NCBI RefSeq assembly: GCF_032444005.1
Contig: NC_091290.1
Location: 153,822,001-153,886,000, forward strand
DNA length: 64,000 nt
DNA from: Ranitomeya imitator
Lineage: Eukaryota
Direction: 5' to 3'
Positions 49,585 through 61,639 of this stretch are shown piece by piece; positions within the stretch are counted from its first letter, which is position 1; each line of letters begins with the position of its first letter. The notes under the pieces were generated by a model. It was not told where the DNA came from. It searched no databases and saw only the letters and a list, made by a program, of their open reading frames with translations. A program made the position numbers and the translations under genes.

Positions 49585-52500
49585 GTAGGTGACGGCGCTG
49601 CTGGCCGCCTCTCGCCTGTCCGGTGCCGGCTGCTCTCATCTGTGTTTTGTCTCCAGACGTAACCAAGCCTTCCACAACCTCTTCCAATTATCGGGAAACC
49701 TGAGGACGGCCATGTCTGCAAACGAAGGAAACGAGGCGTGGAACTCGGGGCCAACAAGGGCCCCCCCGGGAGGCGAGGGCGACAGCTCCGACGAGACTGT
49801 GGAGCTGAGTGATGATGACGACAGCCCTGCAGAGGTGGACGACGGAGCCGGCGACACCAGAGCGGCTCAGCCGGCAGAGCCAGGTGCGTGCTGCCAGCGT
49901 CGCCCCCGACAGAGCGCAGTGCTGTGCCTCGTCTGGCTGCTCACAGCTGGGAGTTTGTTACAGTTGTCTTCACTCTCTCTGATGTAGGAAGTTCAGCTTT
50001 AACCTCTTAATGTCTGCGCAGCAAGCAGCGGCCCTGAAGGTAGTAGGGCACACGTGACAAAACGATGGGGGGATCGCCAAAGTCAGACGATTGGGCAAAT
50101 AATGGTTGCTCCAGTGCAGCCTATCCAAAAGATGCAGAATTAGCGCTCCGTCACAATGTGCCAGCGACGGGAGAGCGGCCGGGAGACGCCGATCAGCAGG
50201 GCCGGACTGGGACTAAAATTCAGCCCTGGCATTTGAAGTTACACAGGCCCACTTGTCACATGGTGACTGTATAATCTCTCTGTACACTTGTAGGTTACAA
50301 GAAGTGCGGGGAGTGTAACACGACTATGTAACATATAATACAGCTGTATTCAGCATTACAGCTCGGTCCTATTTATGGCTTTTAGTTGCAGGACCAAGAA
50401 AAGCCGCTACTTTACCTACATAACTGGATCTCGTAGATAATGAAGGGATTGTGGAACCTCATTCTGATGCTCCATAAACTCTGCCTACAGCCACTTTTGG
50501 TTCCACCATTGTCATCCATATAGTACAATTCACTTCCCATAGTATAATGTACCCCATAGTTCTTCATATAGTATAACGTATTCCACATAGTCCTCGATAC
50601 AGTATAATGCAGCCCACATATAGTATAATGATGCCACCCCAGAGTATAATGCAGCCCCCTCATATAGTATAATGCAGCCCCTGCATATATATGGTAGCCC
50701 CCTCATAGAGCATAATGTAGCCCCCTCAGAGTATGATGCAATCACCCCTCATAGAATATAACACAGCCCCCCATAGAATATAATGTAGCCCCCATAGAAT
50801 GTAGTACAGCCCCCCATAGAATATAATACAGCCCACTCATAGAATGTAGTGCAGCCCAGCCCCCATAGAATGTAGTGCAGCCCAGCCCCCATAGAATGTA
50901 GTGCAGCCCAGCCCCCATAGAATGTAGTGCAGCCCAGCCCCCATAGAATGTAGTGCAGCCCAGCCCCCATAGAATGTAGTGCAGCCCAGCCCCAATTGCC
51001 TTACAATCCATTTATCACTCACTGATATATTTAAAAAAAAAAAACACTCACCTCTCCTCGTGCCCCGTGCAGCTCCTGGCTCCGGTCTCAGCAGCTGCAG
51101 TCTGCCCGGTCACACAGCAGGTGCGCGATGATATGACGTCATCGCGCACCCGCAGTGTCAGCGGGAAATTATGGGAGAGGGAGCGACAGCAGAGTGCAGA
51201 CGCTCTCTCCTCATTGCATTCAACTGTACCGGCGCCGGAATAGTTGAATGCGGGGCGGGCGATCGGGGGGTGGGGGGTTTGAATCGGCGCTGGCGGGAGG
51301 AGTCTGCCCTGGTGCCGCTGATAGCGGCAGTGGCCCACTCCTGGCACCGGCCCCTCTGGCATTTGCCAGAAGTGCCGGATGGCCAGTCCGGCCCTGCTGA
51401 TCAGTGTGACAGTCCATTACTGTAGAGATGAGGAGCCGCTGATGTCCTGGGCCGATGGCGGGGGGCACTTAGTCATTTTAGGTATTTTTTTATTTTTTTT
51501 TTAAATTTAGCCCCTGAAGAACTTCACATAAACCTTGTGGCCACCGCAACAGACGCCCCAGAAAGACCTGACGACCCCGCAACCGAAAACGAGCGCTCGA
51601 CATCGGACATTACACAGCCGAGCAAACAGGTGAGACCCCAGAGAAAGCCATGATCATCGGGTGCAGAGCAGTACGTCCTGTGCTGCACTCACTATTCTAC
51701 TGCTACATCAGGTCTTATCCTCCAGTCACCCCCAGAGCTGCACTCACTATTCTACTTTTACATCCAGTATTGCCAGCATGTGCTTCCTTCTCAGCCATCA
51801 CCCGTGAAGCCTGTGACGTCTGCAGCGCCCCCTGTGGCAGAGGAAGATGAAGGCGACACCTGTGCCATCTGCTTTGAGTCGTGGACCAATGCCGGTCAGC
51901 ACCGTCTCTCCGCTCTGCGTTGCGGCCATTTGTTTGGCTTTACCTGCATCGATCGTTGGCTGAGGGGAGGAGCAGCCAAGTGTCCGCAGGTCGGTGCTCT
52001 ACTCACCGTTCATCATTGGGTCTGAGGCAGTGTTTGGGACACGAGATGATCATTGGGACCCCCAAACTGATCATCAGGGTGTCTGCTCTGAGAGCTGACA
52101 GCCTGCAGCGACACCCATCAGTGCTAGGACCGATCGCAGGCGGTTAACCCCTGTTATGCTGCTGTCAATAGTGGCATCGCAGAGGGAAGGAGCTCCTGCT
52201 CTGCTTGTGTGGCTGACACTGGGTCACCCAGGGACGGTGGCCTGTTAGCTCATGCTCTGTCGACGCCTGCCCGTCAGACGCCGCTCTGCAGTGCAGGACC
52301 CTTGGGGACTATCAGAGCAGCGATCGGCCTGTGTACAGTGATGTCCATCCTGGGACAATGTAAAAAAAAAAAGTTAATATTTTCAAAAAATCATAAAATA
52401 AATAACAAAAAAAAAAATTTAATACCTTTATGTTAAAAAAAAAAAAAAAATACATAATCCCGACCTATAAAATGGTCCCACTAGTTAACCCCTTCAGTGA

Positions 52501-55500
52501 TCACCGTAAATAAAACTAAGGCAAAAAAATGCTTAATCGTCATACCGCCGCACAAAAAGTGCAATAAAACAAATCAAAAAGACGCATATAAATAACCATG
52601 GTACCGCTGACGTCATGTTGTCCCGCAAAAAAACGAGCCACCATACAGCATCATCAGCGAAAAAATAAAAGTTATAGTCCTCAGAATAAAGCGATGCAGA
52701 AATAATTAATTTTTTTTACATAAAATAGTTTTTGTGTAACAGCTCCAAAACAAAGACATAAATGAGGTATCGCTGTAATCGCACTGACCTGAAGAGTAAA
52801 ATTCAATTTTACCACACGCGGAACGNNNNNNNNNNNNNNNNNNNNNNNNNNNNNNNNNNNNNNNNNNNNNNNNNNNNNNNNNNNNNNNNNNNNNNNNNNN
52901 NNNNNNNNNNNNNNNNNNNNNNNNNNNNNNNNNNNNNNNNNNNNNNNNNNNNNNNNNNNNNNNNNNNNNNNNNNNNNNNNNNNNNNNNNNNNNNNNNNNN
53001 NNNNTATTCTGCCTTGAAATAGATAGCGAATCAAAAAAATGTCATGTGCCTGCAAATGGTATGAATAAAAACGTCAATTTGTCCCTTAAAAAAACGAGAC
53101 CTCACATGACTGTCGGCCAAAATATGGAAAAATTACAGCTCTCAAAATGTGGGGATGCAAGAGCTAGTTTTCGCAATAACAGCGTCTTTTAGTGTGTGAC
53201 AGCTGCCAATCATAAAGACCCGCTATAAATCTGGTATCGTCGTAATCGCACCGACCCGAAGAGTAGTGTCACCTAATCACTTATACTGCATGAGGAATGG
53301 CGTAAAAAATAAATAAAACCAATTCTTCACATGCTGTTGATGATTTTTTTTTTTTTTTTCATTCTGCCTCCCAAAATTGGGTCACTTGTTGGGGGTTTCC
53401 ACTGTTTAGGCACATTGGGGGCTCTCAAGACACGACACCTGCAAAATATTCCATCAAATCTGTGTTCCAAAAAGCACCCCCATCCTTTCCGAGCCCTGCC
53501 ATGCACCCAATCAGTAGTTTCCCCCACATATTGGATATTGGTGTACTTGGGAGAAATTGCACATGTTTTGGGGTCCATTTTTTTTTTTTTCCTGCTACCT
53601 TTGCAAAAATGTTGTTTTTTTTTCTTCCACATTGCTTTAGTCCCTGTGAAGCACCTGAAGGGTTAATAAACTTCTTGAATGTGGTATTCAGCATCTTGAG
53701 GGGTGCAGTTTTTAGAATGGTGTCACTTTTGGGTATTTTCCTACATATAGGCCCCTCAAAGTTACTTCAAATCTAAGCTCCAGTTATTATCTCATAGTGA
53801 CAGTACACGGAACTGTAAGATATGGCCACTCAGGAAGGTGAAAACAGGCTCGGGGGTCAAAGGGTTACGTGTGAGTCCCCATAAAACAAGCCAGCATTCC
53901 CCTCCCGTGCTGGCGCCGTTCCTGCGGTGTCGGCACGCGCTTTCCTGTTCGGTGGCTGTTGCGTTGACGATGCCGGCGATCGGCTCCAGCCCGGACATCC
54001 TCCTCATGTTCAGTGCGTGCAGAGACCCTGGTGTCACTAGTCATAACTGCACGGGAGCCCCGGAGCGGCGGGATCTGAGCCGGCGTGGGAGGGGAGTACA
54101 GGCTTCATGATCAGGAGGAGGTGGCCCTAGTCATGAATGATTGAGCGGTGCATATAGTGCCGGTGTCTGTACTGCTGCCGTCTGCCGCACAGCATCTCAT
54201 CAGCCCCATATCTATACTGAGACCACCGCCGAGGCCTCACCGGGTCGCCGCGGTGCAGGGCTGAATTTAGGGTGTGAGCGCCCTCTGTGAGGGACCACTG
54301 CTGTCCTCCATTAAGGCCTCTGGTGAATTTGGGCTGCGGGGTTCACAGATGTGACCGGACATCAGATGCATTCAGGTTTTCTGCCCATTAGTGCAACAAG
54401 AAGGCGAAGCGTTCCGACATTGTGGTGCTGTACGCCCGCACGCTGAAGGCCCTGGACACGAGCGAGCAGGAACGCATGAAGAGGTAAGGACCCCGTCTAC
54501 CAGTGGCCCCCACATGTCCCGCAACTGCATCACCACCTATGCCAGAGCTGCACTCAATATTCTGCTATTAATCTTATCCTCCAGTCACCTCCAGAGCTGC
54601 AGTCACTATTTTGCTGTTACATCTGATCCTCCAGTCACCTCCAGAGCTGCAGTCACTATTCTGCTGTTACATCTTATCCTCCAGTCACTTCCAGAGCTGC
54701 ACTCGCTATTCTGCTGTTACATCATGTCTTACCCTCTACTCACCTCCAGAGCTGCGGTCACAGTTTTGCTAGTGTGTGTATTCTATCATGCGGATGATTA
54801 GACGTGGCTCCCGGAATTACATTTTCCTTACAGCTCTCTGGAAAAGGAGCAGTCGATGCGCAGGAAAGCAGAGCTGGAGTCTGCACAGTGTCGGCTGCAG
54901 GTCCAGGTCCTGACTGACGAGTGTGGGAAGCTCCGAAAGCAAATCCAGGTGAGGGGGAGACGCGTCGCGTGGGGTCCGGCTGCCTTCATGTCTGCTGCTG
55001 GGGGAAGCTGGTGCCACAGTACTATTAATACTAGTGTGGTTGATAACTGCAAGAACTCCCCTGGCTTTGCGTCCCCCTCTGCCGCCGGTTTTGCGCCCCC
55101 TCGCTCCAGCAGGATGTAGCAGAGTTAGATGGCGGGGTGGGCACTGTGCCTTTGACGGCGGGGTGGGCACTGTGCCTTTGACGGCGGGGTGGGCACTGTG
55201 CCTTTGACGGCGGGGTGGGCACTGTGCCTTTGACGGCGGGGTGGGCACTGTGCCTTTGACGGCGGGGTGGGCACTGTGCCTTTGACGGCGGGGTGGGCAC
55301 TGTGCCTTTGACGGCGGGGTGGGCACTGTGCCTTTGACGGCGGGGTGGGCACTGTGCCTTTGACGGCGGGGTGGGCACTGTGCCTTTGATGGCGGGGTGG
55401 GCACTGTGCCTTTGACGGCGGGGTGGGCACTGTGCTGATCATGCTTGTCTCTGGCAGGAGTTGAAGACACTGATGATGCAGCATGCCACCAGCTCCTCCC

Positions 55501-58283
55501 AGCCGTCCTCCAGCTCCCGGGCAGGGACCTCCGGCTCTTTGCCCTCCAGTGAGGGGCAGCACAAGTACAACTTTGAGAAGGCCATTCTGATCAACCAAGG
55601 AGGGAACTGCCGCGTGATGGCGTACTGCGAACGTCTCAGCTGCCTGGTGGTGTCTCAGCCGTCTTCCCACACCACGCTGGTGCCAGGTAAGAGGACACAA
55701 GGGTCTATGTGGCTGCTGCATGGTAAAACCCAGTTCAAAAGACAAGATGGTGCTAATGGCAGCAAAAAAACACCCACGACCTCCAGCCACCGGACAGGTG
55801 ACGCTGGGCAGTAGTCTGACCTCCAGCTGTTCGCCATTCAGGTGATGCCGGGCAGCAGTCTGACCTCCAGCTGTTCGCCGTACAGGTGACGCTGGGCAGC
55901 GGTCTGACCTCCAGCTGGTCTGCCGTACAGGTGACGCCGGGCAGCGGTCTGACCTCCAGCTGTTCGCCGTACAGGTGACGCTGGGCAGCGGTCTGACCTC
56001 CAGCTGTTCGCCGTACAGGTGACGCTGGGCAGCGGTCTGACCTCCAGCTGTCCGCCGTACAGGTGACGCTGGGCAGCGGTCTGACCTCCAGCTGTTCGCC
56101 GTACAGGTGACGCTGGGCAGCGGTCTGACCTCCAGCTGTTCGCCGTACAGGTGACGCTGGGCAGCGGTCTGACCTCCAGCTGTTCGCCGTACAGGTGACG
56201 CTGGGCAGCGGTCTGACCTCCAGCTGTTCGCCGTACAGGTGACGCTGGGCAGCGGTCTGACCTCCAGCTGTTCGCTGTACAGGTGACGCTGGGCAGCGGT
56301 CTGACCTCCAGCTGTTCGCCGTACAGGTGACGCTGGGCAGCGGTCTGACCTCCAGCTGGTCTGCCGTACAGGTGACGCCGGGCAGCGGTCTGACCTCCAG
56401 CTGTTCGCCGTACAGGTGACGCTGGGCAGCGGTCTGACCTCCAGCTGTTCGCCGTACAGGTGACGCTGGGCAGCGGTCTGACCTCCAGCTGTCCGCCGTA
56501 CAGGTGACGCTGGGCAGCGGTCTGACCTCCCGCTGTTCGCCGTACAGGTGACGCTGGGCAGCGGTCTGACCTCCAGCTGTTCGCCGTACAGGTGACGCTG
56601 GGCAGCGGTCTGACCTCCAGCTGTTCGCCGTACAGGTGACGCTGGGCAGCGGTCTGACCTCCAGCTGTTCGCCGTACAGGTGACGCTGGGCAGCGGTCTG
56701 ACCTCCAGCTGTCCATGTTTGTCGCCACCTGTCCTGCTTCTGCACTGTGGCGATTGTGGACGGACTGTCAGGGTCGCCGCTGCTGGTGGAGCAGAGGTTG
56801 TTGTCTCACTGTTTGTTTGCAGGTTGTGGGATCAAGAAGCTGAGTGCGGCTAATATGAAGAGCAGCCAGTACGTGCCCATCCACGCCAAGCAGATCCGTG
56901 GCCTAGCCTTCAGTAACCGCACAGATGGTCTGCTGCTCTCTGCCGCCCTGGATAACACGGTGAAGCTCACCAGGTGAGGCTAAAAGCTCAGGCAGGCAGT
57001 CACTGTTGGGGTCTCGGGGGGGAGGGCTGAGACTCTGTCCTCAGATATGCTCCCCTCTCTCTGCAGCCTGCTGACTAACACGGTGGTACAGACGTATAAC
57101 ACGGGGCGGCCGGTGTGGAGCTGCAGCTGGTGCTCTGATGATAACAACTACGTGTACGCCGGGCTGATCAATGGATCGGTGCTGGTCTACGACCTGAGAG
57201 ACACCAGCCAGTATGTGAAGGAGCTGGTGCCGCTGGGCTCACGGTAGGTGCTGCTGTCGGCGAGGGGCTGTCTGTTGGGGATGGGCTCCTGACTTTTGCC
57301 CTGCGGGTACTGTCTTGCAGCTGCCCGGTGGTGTCCCTGTCCTACGTCCCCCGAGCCGCGTCTGAGGTGTTCCCGTGTGGTGGGGTCCTGGCTGGCACCC
57401 TGGAGGGAGCGTGCTTCTGGGAGATGAGGGACGCCCAGTACAAGCCTCACCTCCTGCCCCTGGAGTCGGGAGGATGCACGGACATCCAGACGGAGAGCAG
57501 CACGCGGCACTGCCTGGTGACCTACCGCCCCGGTGAGTGTGGCTCAGGTTGGCTGTTGGGCACTGGTGATGTGACCGGTCACTGGAGGGCGCTCTTGTGC
57601 TGACAGGGAAGAGCCACAACTACCTGCGCTGTGTGATGATGGAGCTGACCAGCTCCCGGCTGACGGACTCCGAGGATGGATACTCCTGCTCCTGCTGTCC
57701 AGTCCAGACCTTCAACGCTGGACCCACCTGTAAGCTGCTGACCAAGAACGCCATATTCCGGAGCCCTGACCGAGACGGCAGCGTCCTGGTGTGCGCAGGA
57801 GACGAGGCCTCCAACTCTGCTATGGTGAGAGCGGGCGAAGTGCTAAACCAGTCTGGGGTCCGCCACATGGACGTGGCCACATAGGGTCCCCCATCTACTC
57901 ATTAATATGCCCTTGTGGGGGCCCAACGCATCATTGGGGGGATACCATCCCTGAATACTGGGGGGATGGTGAGCGTCTGATCATTTGCGTCTCGTGCCCA
58001 AATTAGTGCTCCATAGTGCACGTGCTCAGCGCCGAGGCTGGTACTGCTGACAGCTGCCCGTGCATCGGGGAGACCGTCAGTATGGCGCTGACTAGCCTGA
58101 CGGGTATGATTCATTCTGGTTTCCTCTCTCCCGGCACAGCTCTGGCACTCGGGCAGCGGCTCCCTCCTCCAGAAGCTCCAGGCCGACCAGCCCGTGCTGG
58201 ACATCTGCCCCATAGAGGTGAACCAGAGCAGCCTGCTGGCCACGCTGACTGAGAAGATGGTGAAGATCTACCGATGGGAGTGA
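49235..58283 (+). CDS. RFWD3: E3 ubiquitin ligase RFWD3 (RING, coiled coil, WD40), spliced CDS: 49235-49584, 49657-49883, 51511-51629, 51795-51989, 54392-54483, 54834-54948, 55458-55686, 56823-56973, 57067-57243, 57321-57532, 57607-57824, 58140-58283
   Basis: [47 protein letters not shown]|[18 protein letters not shown]; WD40 [11 protein letters not shown] and VWSCSWC; C-terminus [15 protein letters not shown]. All 11 introns GT-AG with consistent phases; 2229 nt = 742 aa plus stop. Confidence 0.97.
49657..49883 (+). CDS. RFWD3: RFWD3 coding exon 2 (acidic linker)
   Basis: CTCCAG acceptor, GTGCGT donor, phase 2-1. Confidence 0.8.
50197..51396. mobile_element. Non-autonomous hAT-type DNA transposon (1.2 kb)
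   Basis: Perfect TIRs CAGGGCCGGACTGG; 8-bp TSD CCGATCAG/CTGATCAG; internal ~26-bp tandem repeats at 50740-51000. Confidence 0.88.
51511..51629 (+). CDS. RFWD3: RFWD3 coding exon 3
   Basis: Long T tract then TAG acceptor; CAG|GTGAGA donor; open frame bridging phase 1 to 0. Confidence 0.75.
51795..51989 (+). CDS. RFWD3: RFWD3 RING-domain exon
   Basis: CAIC...CGHLFG..C...W...CPQ. Confidence 0.95.
52826..53004. other. Assembly gap (179 N) inside an AT-rich repetitive intronic segment of RFWD3
   Basis: Run of N; similar GGTATCG..GTAATCGCAC.GACC.GAAGAGTA motifs on both sides. Confidence 0.99.
54392..54483 (+). CDS. RFWD3: RFWD3 exon ([22 protein letters not shown])
   Basis: 92 nt; TAG acceptor, GTAAGG donor. 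Confidence 0.95.
54540..54760. repeat. Short degenerate tandem of CCTCCAGAGCTGCA(C/G)TCACTATTCTGCTG, with related copies at about 51680-51770
   Basis: About 4 diverged copies; dispersed recurrence within RFWD3 introns. Confidence 0.6.
54834..54948 (+). CDS. RFWD3: RFWD3 coiled-coil exon
   Basis: [22 protein letters not shown]; 115 nt. Confidence 0.93.
55127..55438. repeat. 26-bp minisatellite, about 12 copies
   Basis: Unit GGCGGGGTGGGCACTGTGCCTTTGAC, ending about 20 nt before the 55458 acceptor. Confidence 0.95.
55458..55686 (+). CDS. RFWD3: RFWD3 exon (start of WD40 region)
   Basis: HKYNFEK...[19 protein letters not shown]. Confidence 0.92.
55790..56712. repeat. 44-bp minisatellite, about 21 copies
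   Basis: Unit CTGTTCGCCGTACAGGTGACGCTGGGCAGCGGTCTGACCTCCAG; a 441-bp (10-unit) block is repeated. Confidence 0.95.
56823..56973 (+). CDS. RFWD3: RFWD3 WD40 exon
   Basis: [18 protein letters not shown]...[14 protein letters not shown]; 151 nt. Confidence 0.94.
57067..57243 (+). CDS. RFWD3: RFWD3 WD40 exon
   Basis: [17 protein letters not shown]...[15 protein letters not shown]; 177 nt. Confidence 0.94.
57321..57532 (+). CDS. RFWD3: RFWD3 WD40 exon
   Basis: [32 protein letters not shown]...CLVTYRP. Confidence 0.94.
57607..57824 (+). CDS. RFWD3: RFWD3 WD40 exon
   Basis: [20 protein letters not shown]...VCAGDEA. Confidence 0.94.
58140..58283 (+). CDS. RFWD3: RFWD3 last coding exon
   Basis: [23 protein letters not shown]...IYRWE*; TGA 58281-58283. 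Confidence 0.95.
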   Translation, partial: LWHSGSGSLLQKLQADQPVLDICPIEVNQSSLLATLTEKMVKIYRWE

Positions 58284-58379
58284 CCCCCGATCCGTGCCCC
58301 CCGATCCGGGCCTGCCTCTTGTACATAGTCTCCATGTTTCTGTACAGTTTCTTGTATGTTTTTCTTTCTTTCCTCTTAA

Positions 58380-58385
58380 AATAAA
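58380..58385 (+). terminator. Polyadenylation signal of RFWD3
   Basis: AATAAA about 100 nt after the stop, preceded by a T-rich 3' UTR. Confidence 0.6.
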
Positions 58386-58934
58386 ATTCATAATTTTAGT
58401 GGCGCAGTGATTGATTGTCTTCAACATGGCCGACGGTGACCACAAACGGAGATATAGAGATGCTGAGGCTTAGTAATCTGAGGAGCAGCTCTGCCTGTAT
58501 CGGGGGCTGCAGTGGTGCGGGGTCCTGCCTGTAACGGGGGCTGCAGGGGTCCTGCCTGTATCGCAGGAAGGGGGGGGGGGGGGGGGTGCGGGGTCCTGCC
58601 TACTCTGCCCAATCTCGCCCCTGTCCTCCACCTTTACTGTAGAAAGCTGCCATGACCGTGGTGTAATTAGGACAGCGCACTGCACCCTCCAGTCACAGTG
58701 ATAAATGCCCGGCGTGTTTGCGGAGGGACGACATTAACCCCGTGCTCCAATGTGACATTAATGTGTGAACAAGACCAAATCCGCACCACAGCCCACACAC
58801 AGCGCTGCGTATCTATGGAGAAGTTCCCTGACCACAGCGGGACCCCTGTAAATGTGAGGAGACCCAATCCCACAGCACGACTGCAGCGTGGTGGTCCCGG
58901 CCAGGGAGCTGTCACTGCACTCTGTATGGAGGGG

Positions 58935-61408
58935 GTGGGGTCACTGGTCCCTGTAGAGTGGTGGTCCTGGCTGGGGGTTGCCCATCCCTGTGGTGGTGGG
59001 GGGGTTGCTGGTCCCTGTAGGGCGGGGGTCCCTGTGGTGGTGGGGGTCGATGGTCACCGTAGGGTGGTGGTGGAGGGGTTGCCGAACCCTGTGCTGGTGG
59101 GGGGGTTGCCGAACCCTGTGGTGGTGGGGGGGGTTGCTGGTCACTGTAGGGCGGTGGTCCCTGTGCTGGGGGGGGGGTCGCTGGTCCCTGTGGTGGTGAG
59201 GGGCTCGCTGGTCCCTGTAGGGCAGTGGTCCCTGTGGTGGTGGGGGGGGGTGCTGGTCCCTGTAGGGCAGTGGTCCCTGTGGTGGTGGGGGGGTTGCCGG
59301 TCCCTGTGGGGCGGTGGTCTCGGCCGGGGGCGGTGGTCCCTTTGGTGGTGGAGGCGTTGCTGGTCCCTTTGGTGGTGGAGGCGTTGCTGGTCCCTGTGGT
59401 GGTGGAGGGGTTGCTGGTCCCTGTGGTGGTGGAGGGGTTGCTGGTCCCTGTGGTGGTGGGGGGGTTGCTGGTCCCTGTAGGGTGGTGGTGGAGGGGTTGC
59501 TGGTCCCTGTAGGGCGGTGGTCCCTGTGCTGGTGGGGGGGGTCGCCGGTCCCTGTAGGGCGGTGGTCCCTGTGGTGGTGGAGGGGTTGCTGGTCCCTGTA
59601 GGGCGGTGGTCCCTGTAGGGCGGTGGTGGTGGGGGGGTTGCTGGTCCCTGTAGGGCGGTGGTCCCTGTGTGGGGGGGGAGTGCTGGTCCCTGTAGGGCGG
59701 TGGTCCCTGTGCTGGTGGGGGGGTCGCCGGTGGTCCCTGTGGTGGTGGGGGGGTTGCTGGTCCCTGTAGGGCGGTGGTCCCTGTGGTGGGGGGGTTGCTG
59801 GTCCCTGTAGGGCGGTGGTCCCTGTAGGGCGGTGGTCCCTGTGGTGGTGGGGGGGTTGCTGGTCCCTGTGGTGGGGGGGGGGGTGCTGGTCCCTGTAGGG
59901 CGGTGGTCCCTGTGGTGGGGGGGTTGCTGGTCCCTGTAGGGCGGTGGTCCCTGTGGTGGGGGGGTTGCTGGTCCCTGTAGGGCGGTGGTCCCTGTGGTGG
60001 GGGGGGGTGCTGGTCCCTGTAGGGCGGTGGTCCCTGTGGTGGGGGGGTTGCTGGTCCCTGTGGTGGTGGGGGGGTTGGTGGTCCCTGTAGGGCGGTGGTC
60101 CCTGTGGTGGGGGGGGTGCTGGTCCCTGTAGGGCGGTGGTCCCTGTGGTGGTGGAGGGGTTGCTGGTCCCTGTGGTGGTGGGGGGGGTTGCTGGTCCCTG
60201 TGGTGGGGGGGTGCTGGTCCCTGTAGGGCGGTGGTCCCTGTGGTGGGGGGGTTGCTGGTCCCTGTAGGGCGGTGGTCCCTGTAGGGCGGTGGTCCCTGTG
60301 GTGGGGGGGGGGGTGCTGGTCCCTGTAGGGCGGTGGTCCCTGTAGGGCGGTGGTCCCTGTGGTGGTGGGGGGGTTGCTGGTCCCTGTAGGGCGGTGGTCC
60401 CTGTGGTGGGGGGGGGTGCTGGTCCCTGTAGGGCGGTGGTCCCTGTGGTGGGGGGGTGCTGGTCCCTGTAGGGCGGTGGTCCCTGTGGTGGGGGGGGGGT
60501 TGCTGGTCCCTGTGGGGGGGGGGGGGTGCTGGTCCCTGTAGGGCGGTGGTCCCTGTGGTGGTGGGGGGGGTGCTGGTCCCTGTAGGGCGGTGGTCCCTGT
60601 GCTGGTGGGGGGGTTGCCGGTCCCTGTAGGGCGGTGGTCCCTGTGGTGGTGGAGGGGTTGCCGGTCCCTGTAGGGCGGTGGTCCCTGTGGTGGTGGGGGG
60701 GTTGCCGGTCCCTGTAGGGCGGTGGTCCCTGTGGTGGTGGAGGGGTTGCTGGTCCCTGTGGGGGGGGGGTGCTGGTCCCTGTAGGGCGGTGGTCCCTGTG
60801 GTGGGGGGGTTGCTGGTCCCTGTAGGGCGGTGGTCCCTGTGGTGGGGGGGTTGCTGGTCCCTGTAGGGCGGTGGTCCCTGTAGGGCGGTGGTCCCTGTGG
60901 TGGTGGGGGGGTTGCTGGTCCCTGTGGGTGGGGGGGGTGCTGGTCCCTGTAGGGCGGTGGTCCCTGTGGTGGGGGGGTTGCTGGTCCCTGTAGGGCGGTG
61001 GTCCCTGTGGTGGGGGGGTTGCTGGTCCCTGTAGGGCGGTGGTCCCTGTGGTGGTGGGGGGGTTGCTGGTCCCTGTAGGGCGGTGGTCCCTGTGGTGGTG
61101 GTGGGGGGGGTGCTGGTCCCTGTGGAGGTGGGGGGGGGTGCTGGTCCCTGTAGGGCGGTGGTCCCTGTGGTGGTGGGGGGGTTGCTGGTCCCTGTAGGGC
61201 GGTGGTCCCTGTGGTGGTGGGGGGTTGCTGGTCCCTGTAGGGCGGTGGTCCCTGTGGTGGGGGGGGTGCTGGTCCCTGTAGGGCGGTGGTCCCTGTGGTG
61301 GTGGGGGGGTTGCTGGTCCCTGTGGTGGGGGGGGTGCTGGTCCCTGTAGGGCGGTGGTCCCTGTGCTGGTGGGGTGGTCGCCGGTCCCTGTAGGGCGGTG
61401 GTCCCTGT
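58935..61408. repeat. G-rich compound minisatellite between RFWD3 and GLG1
   Basis: GGTCCCTGTAGGGCGGT alternating with GGTCCCTGTGGTGGTGGGGGGGTTGCT; variable G runs. Confidence 0.95.
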
Positions 61409-61639
61409 TAGGCCACATTCAGTATTTGCAGCCAGCCCCAGCAGTGGTGACACAGAAGTGCGGCCGTGTCTCCATTATTCGTCTGTTCTGACTGTTCCTC
61501 TCCGGGTTTTGGCTACAGACACTGCTGGGCCACGTTCACACTACGGATGCGGTACTGTGAGGCGGTGGCCCCTGAGGTAAGTGAGGTATGAGGGAATTGT
61601 GAGGCTTATGGGGTTCAGCAGCTTCTTGTGTTGGGGTCT

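Noticed and set aside
40593-49588. 1900-aa and 650-860-aa ORFs on both strands
   Set aside because: They are open in nearly all frames because the 23-bp and 34-bp GC-rich units lack stops; non-coding tandem repeats.
52826-53004. Missing RFWD3 exon hidden in the N gap
   Set aside because: The flanking exons join in phase and split the RING exactly as KCPQ|CNKK, so nothing coding is missing.
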